A DNA stretch of 64,000 nt from an uncultured Actinomycetota bacterium. Its GTDB lineage: Bacteria > Actinomycetota > Actinomycetes > Mycobacteriales > Jatrophihabitantaceae. A program made the translations under genes and the position numbers. A model generated the notes under the pieces. That model was given only the letters and a program-made list of their open reading frames with translations, made no database searches and was not told the origin of the DNA. Location: positions 61,960 through 125,959 of the forward strand of contig CAVZYJ010000014.1 of the NCBI GenBank assembly GCA_963779485.1, in the 5' to 3' direction. Shown piece after piece: positions 1 through 10,470 of the stretch; the first letter of the stretch is position 1, and every line of letters begins with the position of its first letter.

Positions 1-1787
1 CGCCTCCTGCGGCACCTCGACCCGGCCGACCATCTTCATCCGCTTCTTGCCTTCCTTCTGCTTCTCCAGCAGCTTGCGTTTGCGGGTGATGTCACCGCCG
101 TAGCACTTGGCGAGCACGTCCTTCCGCACCGCGCGGATGTTCTCGCGCGCGATGATCCGAGAGCCGATGGCCGCCTGGATCGGCACCTCGAACTGTTGCC
201 GCGGGATCAGCTCGCGCAGCTTGGCCGTCATCGACGTCCCGTAGCTGTGCGCCTTGTCCTTGTGCACGATGGCGGACAGGGCATCGACCGTCTCACCTTG
301 CAGCAGGATGTCGACCTTCACCAGTTCGGCGAGCTGCTCGCCGGCGTTCTCGTAGTCGAGGCTCGCGTATCCGCGAGTGCGCGACTTCAGCTGATCAAAG
401 AAGTCGAAGATTATCTCGGCCAACGGCAGCGTGTACCGCAACTCGACCCGAGTTTCGGACAGATAGTCCAAGCCGCCTAGGGTTCCGCGTCGGGACTGGC
501 ACAACTCCATGATCGAACCGATGTATTCGCTCGGAGCGATGATCATCGCCTTGACGATCGGCTCGTATACCGCAGCGATCTTCTGCCCCCCCGGCCAATC
601 CGACGGATTGGTGACCACGTGCTCCGTCCCGTCCTCCAGGACCACCCGATACACCACGTTGGGTGCGGTCGAGATGAGATCAAGGTCGAACTCCCGCTCG
701 AGTCGCTCCCGCACGATCTCCAGGTGGAGCAGTCCGAGGAATCCGCACCGGTAGCCGAAGCCGAGCGCGGTGCTGGACTCCGGCTCGTAGACGAGCGCGG
801 CGTCGTTGAGTCGCAACCGGTCAAGGGCGTCGCGAAGCAGCGGGTAGTCCGAGCCGTCCATCGGATACAGGCCCGAGTACACCATCGGCTTGGGGTCGCG
901 ATACGCACCCAAGGGCGTCGCGGCCGGCTTGGCCGCGTCGGTCACGGTGTCGCCGACCCGCGACTGTCGCACGTCCTTCACGCCGGTGATCAAGTAGCCG
1001 ACCTCGCCCACGCCGAGTCCTGTCGTCGGCTTCGGCTCCGGCGAGATCACGCCGACCTCGAGCAGTTCGTGAGTAGCGCCGGTCGACATCATCCGAATGC
1101 GCTCGCGGGGGGCGATGAATCCGTCGACGACGCGGATATAGGTGATAACCCCCCGGTAGATGTCATAGACCGAATCGAAGATCATCGCGCGCGGTGGCGC
1201 GTTGGCGTCACCGATCGGCGGCGGAACGTCCCGGCAGATGGTGTCCAGCAACTCGCGGACACCCTCACCCGTCTTGGCGCTGACCCGCAGCACGTCGCCG
1301 GGTGCGCAGCCGATGACATGCGCAACCTCCGCGGCGTAGCGATCCGGTTGGGCAGCCGGCAGATCGATCTTGTTGAGCACCGGGATAACGTGCAGGTCGT
1401 TCTCGAGGGCGAGATAGAGATTCGCCAGCGTTTGCGCCTCTATGCCCTGCGCGGCGTCCACCAGCAGCACGGCCCCCTCGCAGGCGGCGAGGGACCTGGA
1501 AACCTCATAGGTGAAGTCGACGTGGCCCGGCGTGTCGATCATGTCGAGCACGTAGTCGCCGTCCGGCCCATGCCAGGGCATGCGGACGTTCTGGGCCTTG
1601 ATCGTGATGCCACGCTCTCGCTCGATGTCCATCCGATCCAGGTACTGCGCGCGCATCTGGCGGGCGTCGACGACGCCGGTCAGCTGCAACATGCGATCGG
1701 CCAGGGTGGACTTGCCGTGGTCGATATGCGCGATGATGCAGAAGTTGCGGATGCGCGCCGGGTCGGTGCGGCGGGCGCCAGACGTCT
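1..1787 (-). CDS. lepA: Translation elongation factor 4 (LepA); C-terminal few residues cut by window edge
   Basis: Minus-strand frame from GTG (complement of 1785-1787) reads [37 protein letters not shown]...GITIKAQ...DTPGHVDF (GTPase G1/G3 motifs). It runs to ...[25 protein letters not shown] at position 1. It is absent from the ORF track because no stop lies inside the window. Confidence 0.95.
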
Positions 1788-1923
1788 CTGCGGTCACGGA
1801 TCGCTTTCATTCGGTGGGTAGCGGGCCGCTTTCATCGTCCCATGCGGCCCGGTTCGCGCTTGGCCGTTCAGCGCGCCGCGAAACCGATCGGCACGGCGAG
1901 CCGATCCAGCCCACCATGAGCAG

Positions 1924-3111
1924 GTGACCGCCCACGTGCCCGTCGAGGACGCTCCGTCGCGCGTCTCGACCCTCGAACTGTTCTTCGATCTGGTGTTCGT
2001 GTTCACCATCACCCAGGTCACCGAGATCATCGTCGATCATCCTGCGCCAGCCGGCCTCGGTCAGGCGGCGATCGTCCTGACCGTCATCTTCTGGATGTAC
2101 GGGGGTTATGCCTGGTTGACCAACGCCACCGAGCCCGACTCGGCCGGCCGCCGATTGGTGTTGCTCGTAGCCATGGCCGGCTTCTTCCTGGCGTCGCTCA
2201 GCGTCCCCGATGCCTTCGGCGGGAACGGCGTCGCCTTCGGTCTGGCCTATCTCGCGCTGATCCTGGTCCACGCCGTCGGATTCCTCGTGTTCGCGGGCCT
2301 CGGCGCCTTGCGCCCCGTGTTGCGACTGTTCAGCTGCAACCTGATCAGTGCCGGACTGGTGCTCGCCGCCGGCTGGGTGCACGGCGTTGCGGACTGGGCG
2401 TTCTGGCTCGCTGCCGTTGCGGTCCAGCTCGCCACTCCGGCCGTCGCCCAAACCGGACGCCATTACCGGATCAACGTCGAACACTTCACCGAACGGCACG
2501 GGTTGGTCATTCTCATCGTGCTGGGTGAGTCCCTGATCAACCTCGGCCTGTCCGAGGGGCACGGCACGGTCACGCTTCGAACCGCGGTGGGCGTGTTGGC
2601 CGGCCTGCTGGCGGCGGCGACCATCTGGTGGAGCTATTTCGTCGGCGAGGACGAACGAGCGGCCACCGCACTCGCCGCCGCCGCACCGCAGCGCCGCCCG
2701 ACGCTCGCCATCACCGGATACTTCTTCGCCCACCTGGCGATGATCTACGGAATCCTCGTGATCGCAGCTGGCATCGGGACGTCTGCGCCCGAGCTGACCG
2801 GCCACCTCGACGGGGCCTCGGCCTGGCTGATTGCCGGCGGCGCGGCGATATTCCTGGTCGGATCGGGGGCATTCCGGGCTGCGCTCGGTTACGCCGACTA
2901 CCGGCCGCGAATCGTCGGCGGAGCCAGCTGCCTGGCCGCCGTGCCGGCCGGCCTCGCCACCAGTGCCGCTGTCGAGCTGGTCGTCGTCGCGAGCATCGTG
3001 GCGCTGACGCTGGCCGTGGATGCCGCCCTCGCCCGACGGAACGGGCAACATGGTTCCGGTCGACGGGCGGGTTGGGCCGATCGCACGGCGTCCGCCAAGA
3101 TGTCGGCATGA
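1924..3111 (+). CDS. Low temperature requirement protein A (LtrA) family polytopic membrane protein
   Basis: 395-aa ORF. The N-terminus STLELFFDLVFVFTITQVTE is the typical LtrA signature, followed by many hydrophobic segments. Confidence 0.8.
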   Translation: MTAHVPVEDAPSRVSTLELFFDLVFVFTITQVTEIIVDHPAPAGLGQAAIVLTVIFWMYGGYAWLTNATEPDSAGRRLVLLVAMAGFFLASLSVPDAFGGNGVAFGLAYLALILVHAVGFLVFAGLGALRPVLRLFSCNLISAGLVLAAGWVHGVADWAFWLAAVAVQLATPAVAQTGRHYRINVEHFTERHGLVILIVLGESLINLGLSEGHGTVTLRTAVGVLAGLLAAATIWWSYFVGEDERAATALAAAAPQRRPTLAITGYFFAHLAMIYGILVIAAGIGTSAPELTGHLDGASAWLIAGGAAIFLVGSGAFRAALGYADYRPRIVGGASCLAAVPAGLATSAAVELVVVASIVALTLAVDAALARRNGQHGSGRRAGWADRTASAKMSA

Positions 3112-3497
3112 CAACCGTCCCGCCCGATCGCCGAGCCGTGGTCGAGTACCGCATACCCGCCGCCCAGCTGCGCCCTGGAGACCTCGTGAACACCTCTCCC
3201 GGCGCGGACGACGACTGGCAGCAGGTGCTGGGCGTCTACGCCTCCCCATCCGGACTGAGCGGTGTCACCGGGGAGGTGCGATCCCTCGTCGAGTCGCTGG
3301 CCGGCCGGTACGTCGTCGTGGAGCTGACCGACCTCGCGCCGGTCGACTCGAACATCTACTACTCCGACGGCGTCGCGATGGCGGTGTCCGACGACGACGA
3401 AGAGCGACCCATCGTCGAGGAGATCAGCGCCGACGACGGAGTGCGCACCTACCTGTACACGAAGTTCGAGCTGGTCACCGTCCGCGCCTCGACCTGA
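3108..3497 (+). CDS. Hypothetical acidic protein (129 aa)
   Basis: ATG at 3108 overlaps the TGA of the LtrA-like gene (ATGA, 3108-3111). The frame is the C-terminal part of track ORF 2628..3497. Composition looks non-random (MTTVPPDRRAVVEYRIPAAQLRPGDLV...). No family recognised. Confidence 0.55.
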   Translation: MTTVPPDRRAVVEYRIPAAQLRPGDLVNTSPGADDDWQQVLGVYASPSGLSGVTGEVRSLVESLAGRYVVVELTDLAPVDSNIYYSDGVAMAVSDDDEERPIVEEISADDGVRTYLYTKFELVTVRAST

Positions 3498-3754
3498 CCG
3501 GGTGCACAGCCCGGTAGGGCGCTCAGCAGCCTGCTCGGTCGAGCACGCCGACCCGTCGGTTGCCTACGACTCGGCCGGTTCCCGAGTTCCACCGAGACGG
3601 GTCAGCACGCCGATTCCTTCGAGGTTGGGCAGTCATGACGCGCGCTGGTAAGCTGGCGCGGTTGTCCGCCCTCGGGGGCGCGACGACGGTAGCCCGGCAT
3701 CCGAGGCCGGCCGAGTGCGCGATTCCCTGTCCAGACCAATGTTGAGGCTCCTTC

Positions 3755-4015
3755 GTGGCGAACATCAAGTCCCAGATCAAGCGCAACCGCACCAACGAGA
3801 AGGCGCGGATGCGCAACAAGAGCGTCAAGTCGTCACTGAGGACGGCGGTACGCCGCTTCCGCGAGGCGGCCGACGCTGGCGATCAGGACGGCGCCCACGC
3901 CGCGTTCACGAGCGCATCCCGGCAGCTGGACAAGGCGGTCAGCAAGGGTGTCATTCACGCCAACCAGGCGGCGAACAAGAAATCAGCCATGGCCCAGCGG
4001 GTCAACTCTCTGTAG
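3755..4015 (+). CDS. rpsT: 30S ribosomal protein S20
   Basis: 86 aa, [35 protein letters not shown]...[17 protein letters not shown] start with GAGG 8 nt upstream. Confidence 0.95.
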   Translation: MANIKSQIKRNRTNEKARMRNKSVKSSLRTAVRRFREAADAGDQDGAHAAFTSASRQLDKAVSKGVIHANQAANKKSAMAQRVNSL

Positions 4016-4143
4016 TCCCCCGCCACCGCCCCGCAGCTCGTCCCTCGACCCGCGGTGCTACGTCCAGACCGCCGACGTCGCCGTCCGCCGCGCCCCTATC
4101 GACCTCCGCCATAGATGTCGCAGCGCAATGCGAAGCATGACGA

Positions 4144-5148
4144 TCAGCGTCGAGCGCGCGCCCGAGCCAGCCGCAGCACTGCCCGCTCCAACGCATACTC
4201 CGCGTCGACAGCGGCGCCCTTGACGTCGGCGTTCAACTCGGCGACAACTTGCAGGGCATCGTGCAAACCCTCGTCGGTCCAGCCCCGGGCCTGCGACTGA
4301 GCGCGCTTGACCTTCCACGGCGGCATGCCGAGCCGTTGCGCCAGCTGATAGGGGTTGCCCCGACCGGCTGCGGAGATCCGAGCCACGGAACGAACCCCGT
4401 CGGCCATCGCATCCGCGACCACGACGGCCGGCGTACCTATGGACAGCGCCCACCGCAACGTCTCCAACGCACCGCCCGTGTCACCGACGACGGCTCGGTC
4501 GGATACTGCGAAGCCGCTGACCTCAGCCCGGCCGCGGTAGTACGACGTCACCGTGTCGGCGCTCACTCGGCCACCCGAGTCAGCGACAAGCTGGTCAGCC
4601 GCTTGGGCGAGCTCGCGCAAGTCGCTGCCGATCGCGTCGAGCAGTAACGCCGCCGCATCCGGCGCAATCGAACCGCCGGCGCGACGTACCTCCCCTCGGA
4701 TGAAGTCCAGCCGCTCGTCGGCGCGCGTCAGCCGGGAGCACACGATCTGCCGCGCCTGCACCCGACGAGCCGCGTCCAGCACCGCTTTGCCCTTGGCGCC
4801 GCCGGCGTGCACCAGAACGATCGTGGTGTCATCGGAGCGGGCGTCGAAGAACGGATCGAGCGCGGCGAGGGCAGCCGTGCGTAGATCTTGAGCTGCGGAG
4901 ATCACCAGAACCCGGCGACTGCCGAACAACGACGGACTGAGCAGGTCGAACAACTCCGCTGGCTCGACTTGACCGCCTATGCGCTCGTCGACCTCGGTAC
5001 TCGAATCGTGCCGCCGGGCGGCGGCGGTGATCTGCTCGACGGCTCGAGCAACCAGAAATTCCTCGTCGCCGACCACGAGCACGACGTGCGGCAGCTGCTG
5101 GACGTCGGCGGACGTGCCCACGGGCGCGTCCACACCAGAGTCCGGCAT
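4144..5148 (-). CDS. holA: DNA polymerase III subunit delta
   Basis: Track ORF 4144..5241. The likely start is MPDSGVDAP... at 5148. HolA-like sequence VVLVVGDEEFLVARAV...LVISAAQDL...LDAIGSDLRELAQAADQL. Position next to comEC/rpsT matches actinobacterial synteny. Confidence 0.85.
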   Translation of the reverse strand: MPDSGVDAPVGTSADVQQLPHVVLVVGDEEFLVARAVEQITAAARRHDSSTEVDERIGGQVEPAELFDLLSPSLFGSRRVLVISAAQDLRTAALAALDPFFDARSDDTTIVLVHAGGAKGKAVLDAARRVQARQIVCSRLTRADERLDFIRGEVRRAGGSIAPDAAALLLDAIGSDLRELAQAADQLVADSGGRVSADTVTSYYRGRAEVSGFAVSDRAVVGDTGGALETLRWALSIGTPAVVVADAMADGVRSVARISAAGRGNPYQLAQRLGMPPWKVKRAQSQARGWTDEGLHDALQVVAELNADVKGAAVDAEYALERAVLRLARARARR

Positions 5149-7664
5149 TGGACCATCGTGGCACGCAGCGCCGACAGCCCGGCCGCGGCCTGAGCGTTCG
5201 CCCGGCTCGACACGCTCCGGCTGCCGGCACGCCCTGGGCAACCGGCCATGCCGACAGGGTCGCGTCCCGGATCCGTCGTTGCTCGGCAGCCCTCGGCCCC
5301 AGCCACTCCCGTCGGATGACGTACCTGGGTCACGAGCCGGCCGCCGGTCGAGGTCACCGCCACATCCCCGTCGCGATCGGTTCGACGCACGAGCAGGCCG
5401 AGTCGATCCAGCTCCGCGAGCAACGACGGAGCCGGCTGGCCATAGTCGTTATGGCTGCCCACCGAGATGATCGCGAGCCGGGCATGCACCGCAGCGAGAA
5501 AGGAATGGTCCGAGTAAGCGCTTCCGTGATGCGGAACCTTTAGCACGTCCGCCCCGATATGCGCCTCGACGGCGAGCAACTGCTGCTGGGCCTCGATCTC
5601 GGCATCGCCCGGCAGCAGGATCCGAACTCCATGACTCTCCGCCCGCAAGACCAACGACGAATTGTTGGGATCGGACCGAGTGCCACGAAACGCATGCGGC
5701 GGCCCGAGCACCTCGAGAGCGACGTCTCCCACCTGCAGCCGCAGACCCACAGGCGCCGGCTCAGCTTGTAGCTGGCGCGGCCGCAATGCGCCGGCCACCA
5801 GTCGGGCGCCGAACTCCGGCTCGGCGAGTGGGCCGGTGATCACCCGGCCGACCCGCCGGCCGTGCAGCACACCGGCAATGCCGCCAATGTGATCCGCGTG
5901 ATCGTGAGTCAGCACGAGCAGCGGGATGTCGCTCACCCGCTGATCGCGCAAGCATCGGTCGACGAGGACGGGATCCGGCCCCGTGTCGATGACGACAGCC
6001 GAGCCCGGGCCAGCCGGAAGCACCAACGCGTCACCTTGACCGACGTCGCAGGCCACGAAGACCTCGCCCGCGGGCGGCCAGCCCGATGTCGCCGATCGAA
6101 CCGGGATCTGGATGATCAGCGCCGTGAGGGCCATGGCCACGAGCGGAAGGCGCCGATGCGGCCGCCGAGCAAGGGCCCACACGACACCGATCACAGCGAG
6201 CAGGCCCAAGCCACCCAGGAGGCCCGACGGCCACGGCAGTACTGCGCCCGGAAGCCCGCCGAACCAGCTCGCGACCCAGACCAACCAGCGGCACGGCAAT
6301 CCGGCCAACAGGCTCAACAGCTGTCCGAGCGGCATCACAACCGGTGCGGTGAGCGCAGCACCGAACCCGACGATCGTGGTCATCGCGACGACAGGCTCCG
6401 CCAGCACGTTGGCCGGAATCGCGACCAGACTCACCATGCCGGAAATCGCAGCGATCACCGGAGCCGTCACCACATGAGCGGCCGCCGCTACCGCAACGGA
6501 TTCGGCGACGACCGGCGGAACACGGCGGCGGCGCAACCCAGCCGCCCACGTCGGGGCGAGCAGCAAGAGCGATCCGGTAGCGAGCACCGACATGGTGAAT
6601 CCGGCGTCGGTCGCAAGTGTCGGCCGCCAGACCAGCAGACCGAGAACCGCTGCCGCGAGCATGGGTACCGCTAGCCGCGGACGGCCGACCGCCAGAGCCA
6701 CCAGCGCGATTCCCGACATCGTCGCGGCCCGCAGAACGCTGGGCGATGGCCGGGCGACCACGACGAACGCGAGCAGCACGAGCCCACTTCCGACCGCGCA
6801 GGTGATCGGCCCGAGGCGCAACCGACGGAGCACCAGCGCGGCAGCACCAACAATGATCACGCAGTTCGTGCCACTGACTGCGAGCAAATGCGTCAACCCG
6901 GCTGTCCGGAAATGCTCGGCGAGCATTGGATCAAGTTCGCTGGTATCGCCATCGACGAGGCCGGGCAGCAATCCCCGGGCGGGCTCTGGAAGCGGGCTCG
7001 CCGCTTTCCGCAGTGACGAGCGCACTACAACCGCCGTGCGCTGCCACCACGGTGCCTGGCCAATCTGCTCCGGGGCAGATGGCGCCGATGCGACGGCGGA
7101 CAGCAGTTCACCGCCATCGGCCGGCGCAAGCCGCACCTGACTGCGAACCACTTGCCCAGGTATCAGCTCCCGCCAGCTCGAGGCGGGGGCGAACACGACC
7201 AGGTGCCCACCGACGGCGATCTTTCGGCCGGCGATCCGTACCGCTTTCAGTTCCGCGTCGACAGCGATCCGCGGGGCCGCTGACGTCGAGCCTCGGCCTG
7301 AGAGCGGCCTGGGATCGGACGCCACCCGGAGATCGGCGACAACGTCCGCGTGGCTCGTCGCCAGGTGGGCCAATGGACCATCGCGCGCCCAAGCCAACCG
7401 TGCGGCGAGTGGGAGAAGGACCAGCGCCACGCAGAATGCCGCCGCAGCCAGCGCCGTCGCGTGGCCAAATCGCCACGTCACCACACATACCGCGACGCCG
7501 ACCAGCGTGGCGCCCACAGCGATACTGAGTGCGATCACTGGCGGTCGGCCGATCGTCAACACGATCGCGAGCCAGGCGGCTACCGCGCCGACGCCGAGGC
7601 GCAGGTCAAGTGGTGCGCTGATCGCGCCTATCGCCGGTGCGGTAGCCGCTTTGCTCGCGTTCAT
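4977..7664 (-). CDS. comEC: ComEC/Rec2 family competence membrane protein with C-terminal metallo-beta-lactamase domain
   Basis: 895-aa ORF with many TM segments, then VACDVGQGDALVL...VLTHDHADHIGG...KVPHHGS (MBL motifs). The last ~57 codons overlap holA and look low-complexity, so the 3' end is uncertain. Confidence 0.85.
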   Translation of the reverse strand: MNASKAATAPAIGAISAPLDLRLGVGAVAAWLAIVLTIGRPPVIALSIAVGATLVGVAVCVVTWRFGHATALAAAAFCVALVLLPLAARLAWARDGPLAHLATSHADVVADLRVASDPRPLSGRGSTSAAPRIAVDAELKAVRIAGRKIAVGGHLVVFAPASSWRELIPGQVVRSQVRLAPADGGELLSAVASAPSAPEQIGQAPWWQRTAVVVRSSLRKAASPLPEPARGLLPGLVDGDTSELDPMLAEHFRTAGLTHLLAVSGTNCVIIVGAAALVLRRLRLGPITCAVGSGLVLLAFVVVARPSPSVLRAATMSGIALVALAVGRPRLAVPMLAAAVLGLLVWRPTLATDAGFTMSVLATGSLLLLAPTWAAGLRRRRVPPVVAESVAVAAAAHVVTAPVIAAISGMVSLVAIPANVLAEPVVAMTTIVGFGAALTAPVVMPLGQLLSLLAGLPCRWLVWVASWFGGLPGAVLPWPSGLLGGLGLLAVIGVVWALARRPHRRLPLVAMALTALIIQIPVRSATSGWPPAGEVFVACDVGQGDALVLPAGPGSAVVIDTGPDPVLVDRCLRDQRVSDIPLLVLTHDHADHIGGIAGVLHGRRVGRVITGPLAEPEFGARLVAGALRPRQLQAEPAPVGLRLQVGDVALEVLGPPHAFRGTRSDPNNSSLVLRAESHGVRILLPGDAEIEAQQQLLAVEAHIGADVLKVPHHGSAYSDHSFLAAVHARLAIISVGSHNDYGQPAPSLLAELDRLGLLVRRTDRDGDVAVTSTGGRLVTQVRHPTGVAGAEGCRATTDPGRDPVGMAGCPGRAGSRSVSSRANAQAAAGLSALRATMVQCRTLVWTRPWARPPTSSSCRTSCSWSATRNFWLLEPSSRSPPPPGGTIRVPRSTSA

Positions 7665-8413
7665 ACCGTCACGAGCGGTCGGAGATCAGCGAACTTACTT
7701 GGACCAATCCCTGATACGTCACGCAGCTGATCGGCCGAATCGAATCGTCCGTGGGCTGATCTCCAGTCGAGAATGTGCTGCGCGAGAACCGGACCCACGC
7801 CGGGCAGCGCGTCGAGCTCCGCGGCGGTGGCGGTATTCAGGTCCACAAGTCCGCTCGCCCCGGTCGTGTCAGCGCCAGCCGTAGTCGCCGGCGCCGAGGG
7901 CGCGAGCCCGACCGCGATCTGCTCACCGTCGACCAGCTTGCGGGCGAGGTTCGTCGATGCGAGGTCGGCGCCGGCGACCGCTCCTCCTGCTGCCCGTACG
8001 GCGTCCTCGACGCGCGAGCCGGACCGTAGCCGGTAGACACCTGGCCGCCTGACTTTGCCGACGACGTCGACGACAACGTTCGCCGGGACGGAGCTGGTGC
8101 GAGCGAGAGACGTCGAGCTGGACGGTGACCCGACAGCTGACGTGATCACGGGTACGGCGCTGGCGTGCGGACGTCCGAGGAAGACCCACCATGCAGTCAC
8201 CGCTGCCACGACGAGGAGTGCGACGCCTACGGCAACGACGCCGCGCCGACCAGTATCGAAACGGATGCGCTGCCCACCCTGTACAGGGCACCATGCCGGC
8301 GCGGTGGTGCCGACCCCGTCTTCCCAGGCCGGCTGACCGGCCCGATCGAAGCTCGGGCACCGGAGGTGGCGCGGACGCATCCACGGGGAGCGGCGGAAAT
8401 GGCTCGACCTCAT
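7661..8413 (-). CDS. comEA: ComEA family DNA-binding protein (helix-hairpin-helix)
   Basis: C-terminus VDLNTATAAELDALPGVGPVLAQHILDWRSAHGRFDSADQLRDVSGIGPSKFADLRPLV, with one TM segment. Its stop overlaps the comEC start (7661-7664). The start codon is uncertain. Confidence 0.8.
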   Translation of the reverse strand: MRSSHFRRSPWMRPRHLRCPSFDRAGQPAWEDGVGTTAPAWCPVQGGQRIRFDTGRRGVVAVGVALLVVAAVTAWWVFLGRPHASAVPVITSAVGSPSSSTSLARTSSVPANVVVDVVGKVRRPGVYRLRSGSRVEDAVRAAGGAVAGADLASTNLARKLVDGEQIAVGLAPSAPATTAGADTTGASGLVDLNTATAAELDALPGVGPVLAQHILDWRSAHGRFDSADQLRDVSGIGPSKFADLRPLVTV

Positions 8414-8697
8414 CTGGAGACTGACTCAGCGCTGAACCGGCGGGATTCTGGAGGCCGAGGTCGGGCAGCCACCCCGATTCGGTCGTACCCATGTCGAGAG
8501 GCGCACTTGACGGCTCCGCCAGCAGCGCGCGCACACGCGCGGCGACGCGTGCCCGCTCGCCTCCACGCCAGCCCATGCCAGCCGATCCGCTTCGACCCAC
8601 GGACGTGAGGCTAGGTTCAGCTGGTCGCCTCCCGGGGCGCACGAAGGCAGTTGTGGACAACGGAACCGGCTGTGGATGACAGACTCGGAAATCGTGG

Positions 8698-10470
8698 GTG
8701 AGGCGGCTAAGTTCCCTGCGGGGGAACCATGCGCTCCGCACGGTCTCGGGGCCGCGGAGCCATCGCCGCCTGGTGCCGTCGCGTCGCCGCAAGCCGGCCC
8801 CGCAGCGCCGCCGCTCGACTCTGCCGCGACGCCGGCATGATCCCGAGGCCTCTGAGCGAGACGTCTCTGACTTGTCCGCCGAGCCACGTGCCGCCCGATC
8901 CGCGTCCGACGACCGGTCAGGTCGACCGCACGTCTCCGCGGCCGAGCTCGTCGGGGTACTCACGGCGCTCGCGATCGGGGTTGGCTATCTCCTCGCACCA
9001 CTCATGGGCGGCGACCTGTCGGCCCAGCTGGCCCGGGCTGACTTCGCCGCGGAATACCCGCTGACTCCGGTCGACCTGCGATGGTTCGGCGGCTTCCTGC
9101 CTTTCGGATACTCCACGTGGGTGCCCTGGTTGATGGGCGCCATTGGTGTTCGGGTGACCGGGGTCCTCGCGACCATCCTGGCGACCTGGCTCACGGCCCG
9201 GCTCTTCGTGCGCACCGGTGCTCGTCGGGCGGTCTGGGGAGCGGCGGCCGCGGCCGTCACGCTCGGCAGCAACCTGGTCGAGGGACGGGTGACCTTTGCC
9301 TGCGGGATCGTCTGCGGATTGGCCGCGTTGCTCGGGATCAGCCGCGCAGGCCGGCCGCGGCGCGTCTGTGCCGGAACTTTCGCCTTCCTGGCCGGTGCGG
9401 CCAGTCCCGTCGCTGCGCTGTTGCTCGCTGTCTGCGCCGCCGCTCTCCTCGCGCGGCGCCGATTCGCCGACGCAGCTGTACTCATGGTTTCGGTCGTTCC
9501 GGCCGCCGTGCTGTCGCTGCTATTTGCCGATCCAGGACCCGCGCTCTTCTCGGCCAATGACGCTTTCCGCGCGATAGCGATCAGCGCGGTGCTAGTGGCG
9601 GCTGTCCCGGTGATCGAGATTCGGATCGCTGCGACCGTCGGCGCCGTCCTGGTGCTCGCCCTGTTTCTGGTCTCGACGCCAGTCGGCGTCAGCTCGGCTC
9701 GGCTGACACTGCTGTTTGCGGTTCCGGTCGTCCTGGCGTACGCAGCGGTGAACGGACGATGGGTCGCTGTCGTCGTCGCGCTCGCCGTGCTGGCCCAACC
9801 ACCCATCACGCTGGGTACGTTGAGCAACGCCGGATCCGATGCGACCCAGGCGAGCTACTACCAGCCACTCTTGGACCAGATCGCGGGGGCGGGCCCGCTG
9901 ACCGGAAGGGTGGAGGTTCCCGAACTCACCGGGCACTGGGAGGCCTACTACGTCGCCCGCCGGATTCCGATCGCGCGGGGATGGCTGCGGCAGACGGACA
10001 TCGGGCGCAATGATGATGTCTTCTACGACCAACGACCCAATGCCCAGTCATACCAGGCTTTCCTTCAGCGCACAGCGACGCAGTACGTCGCCGTCGCGGA
10101 CGCGCCCGCGACCTACTACGGCCGTCGGGAGATCGACTTGATCGACGCCGGGCTTCCGTACCTGCGGGAGTTATGGCGTTCCGCCCATTGGCGCTTGTAC
10201 GCCGTCGACGGTGCAACACCGATTGTCTCCTCGCCCGGCGTCCTCGTCGCGCAAGACGCCGCCCACATCACCCTCGATGCACCCCCGGGATCGGTTCTAC
10301 AGCTGAGGTTACGGTGGTGGCGGTGGTTGACGCTCGACGGCGAACCCGGCGCGTGTATCGAGCGGTCAAGTCAGGGAGTCGCATTGCGCGTCGGAAGTCT
10401 GGCCGGTTCGGCATCGCGCTATGTGATCTCGTCCAGCCTGACAAGTGGGTCGGGTCGAGGTCATTGCTAA
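8698..10470 (+). CDS. Polytopic membrane protein, possibly GT-C type glycosyltransferase; N-terminal extent uncertain
   Basis: 590-aa ORF. About 10 hydrophobic segments are followed by a soluble C-terminal domain (YQAFLQRTATQYVAVADAPATYYGRREIDL...). No family confidently recognised. The basic first ~70 codons may not be translated. Confidence 0.5.
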   Translation: MRRLSSLRGNHALRTVSGPRSHRRLVPSRRRKPAPQRRRSTLPRRRHDPEASERDVSDLSAEPRAARSASDDRSGRPHVSAAELVGVLTALAIGVGYLLAPLMGGDLSAQLARADFAAEYPLTPVDLRWFGGFLPFGYSTWVPWLMGAIGVRVTGVLATILATWLTARLFVRTGARRAVWGAAAAAVTLGSNLVEGRVTFACGIVCGLAALLGISRAGRPRRVCAGTFAFLAGAASPVAALLLAVCAAALLARRRFADAAVLMVSVVPAAVLSLLFADPGPALFSANDAFRAIAISAVLVAAVPVIEIRIAATVGAVLVLALFLVSTPVGVSSARLTLLFAVPVVLAYAAVNGRWVAVVVALAVLAQPPITLGTLSNAGSDATQASYYQPLLDQIAGAGPLTGRVEVPELTGHWEAYYVARRIPIARGWLRQTDIGRNDDVFYDQRPNAQSYQAFLQRTATQYVAVADAPATYYGRREIDLIDAGLPYLRELWRSAHWRLYAVDGATPIVSSPGVLVAQDAAHITLDAPPGSVLQLRLRWWRWLTLDGEPGACIERSSQGVALRVGSLAGSASRYVISSSLTSGSGRGHC

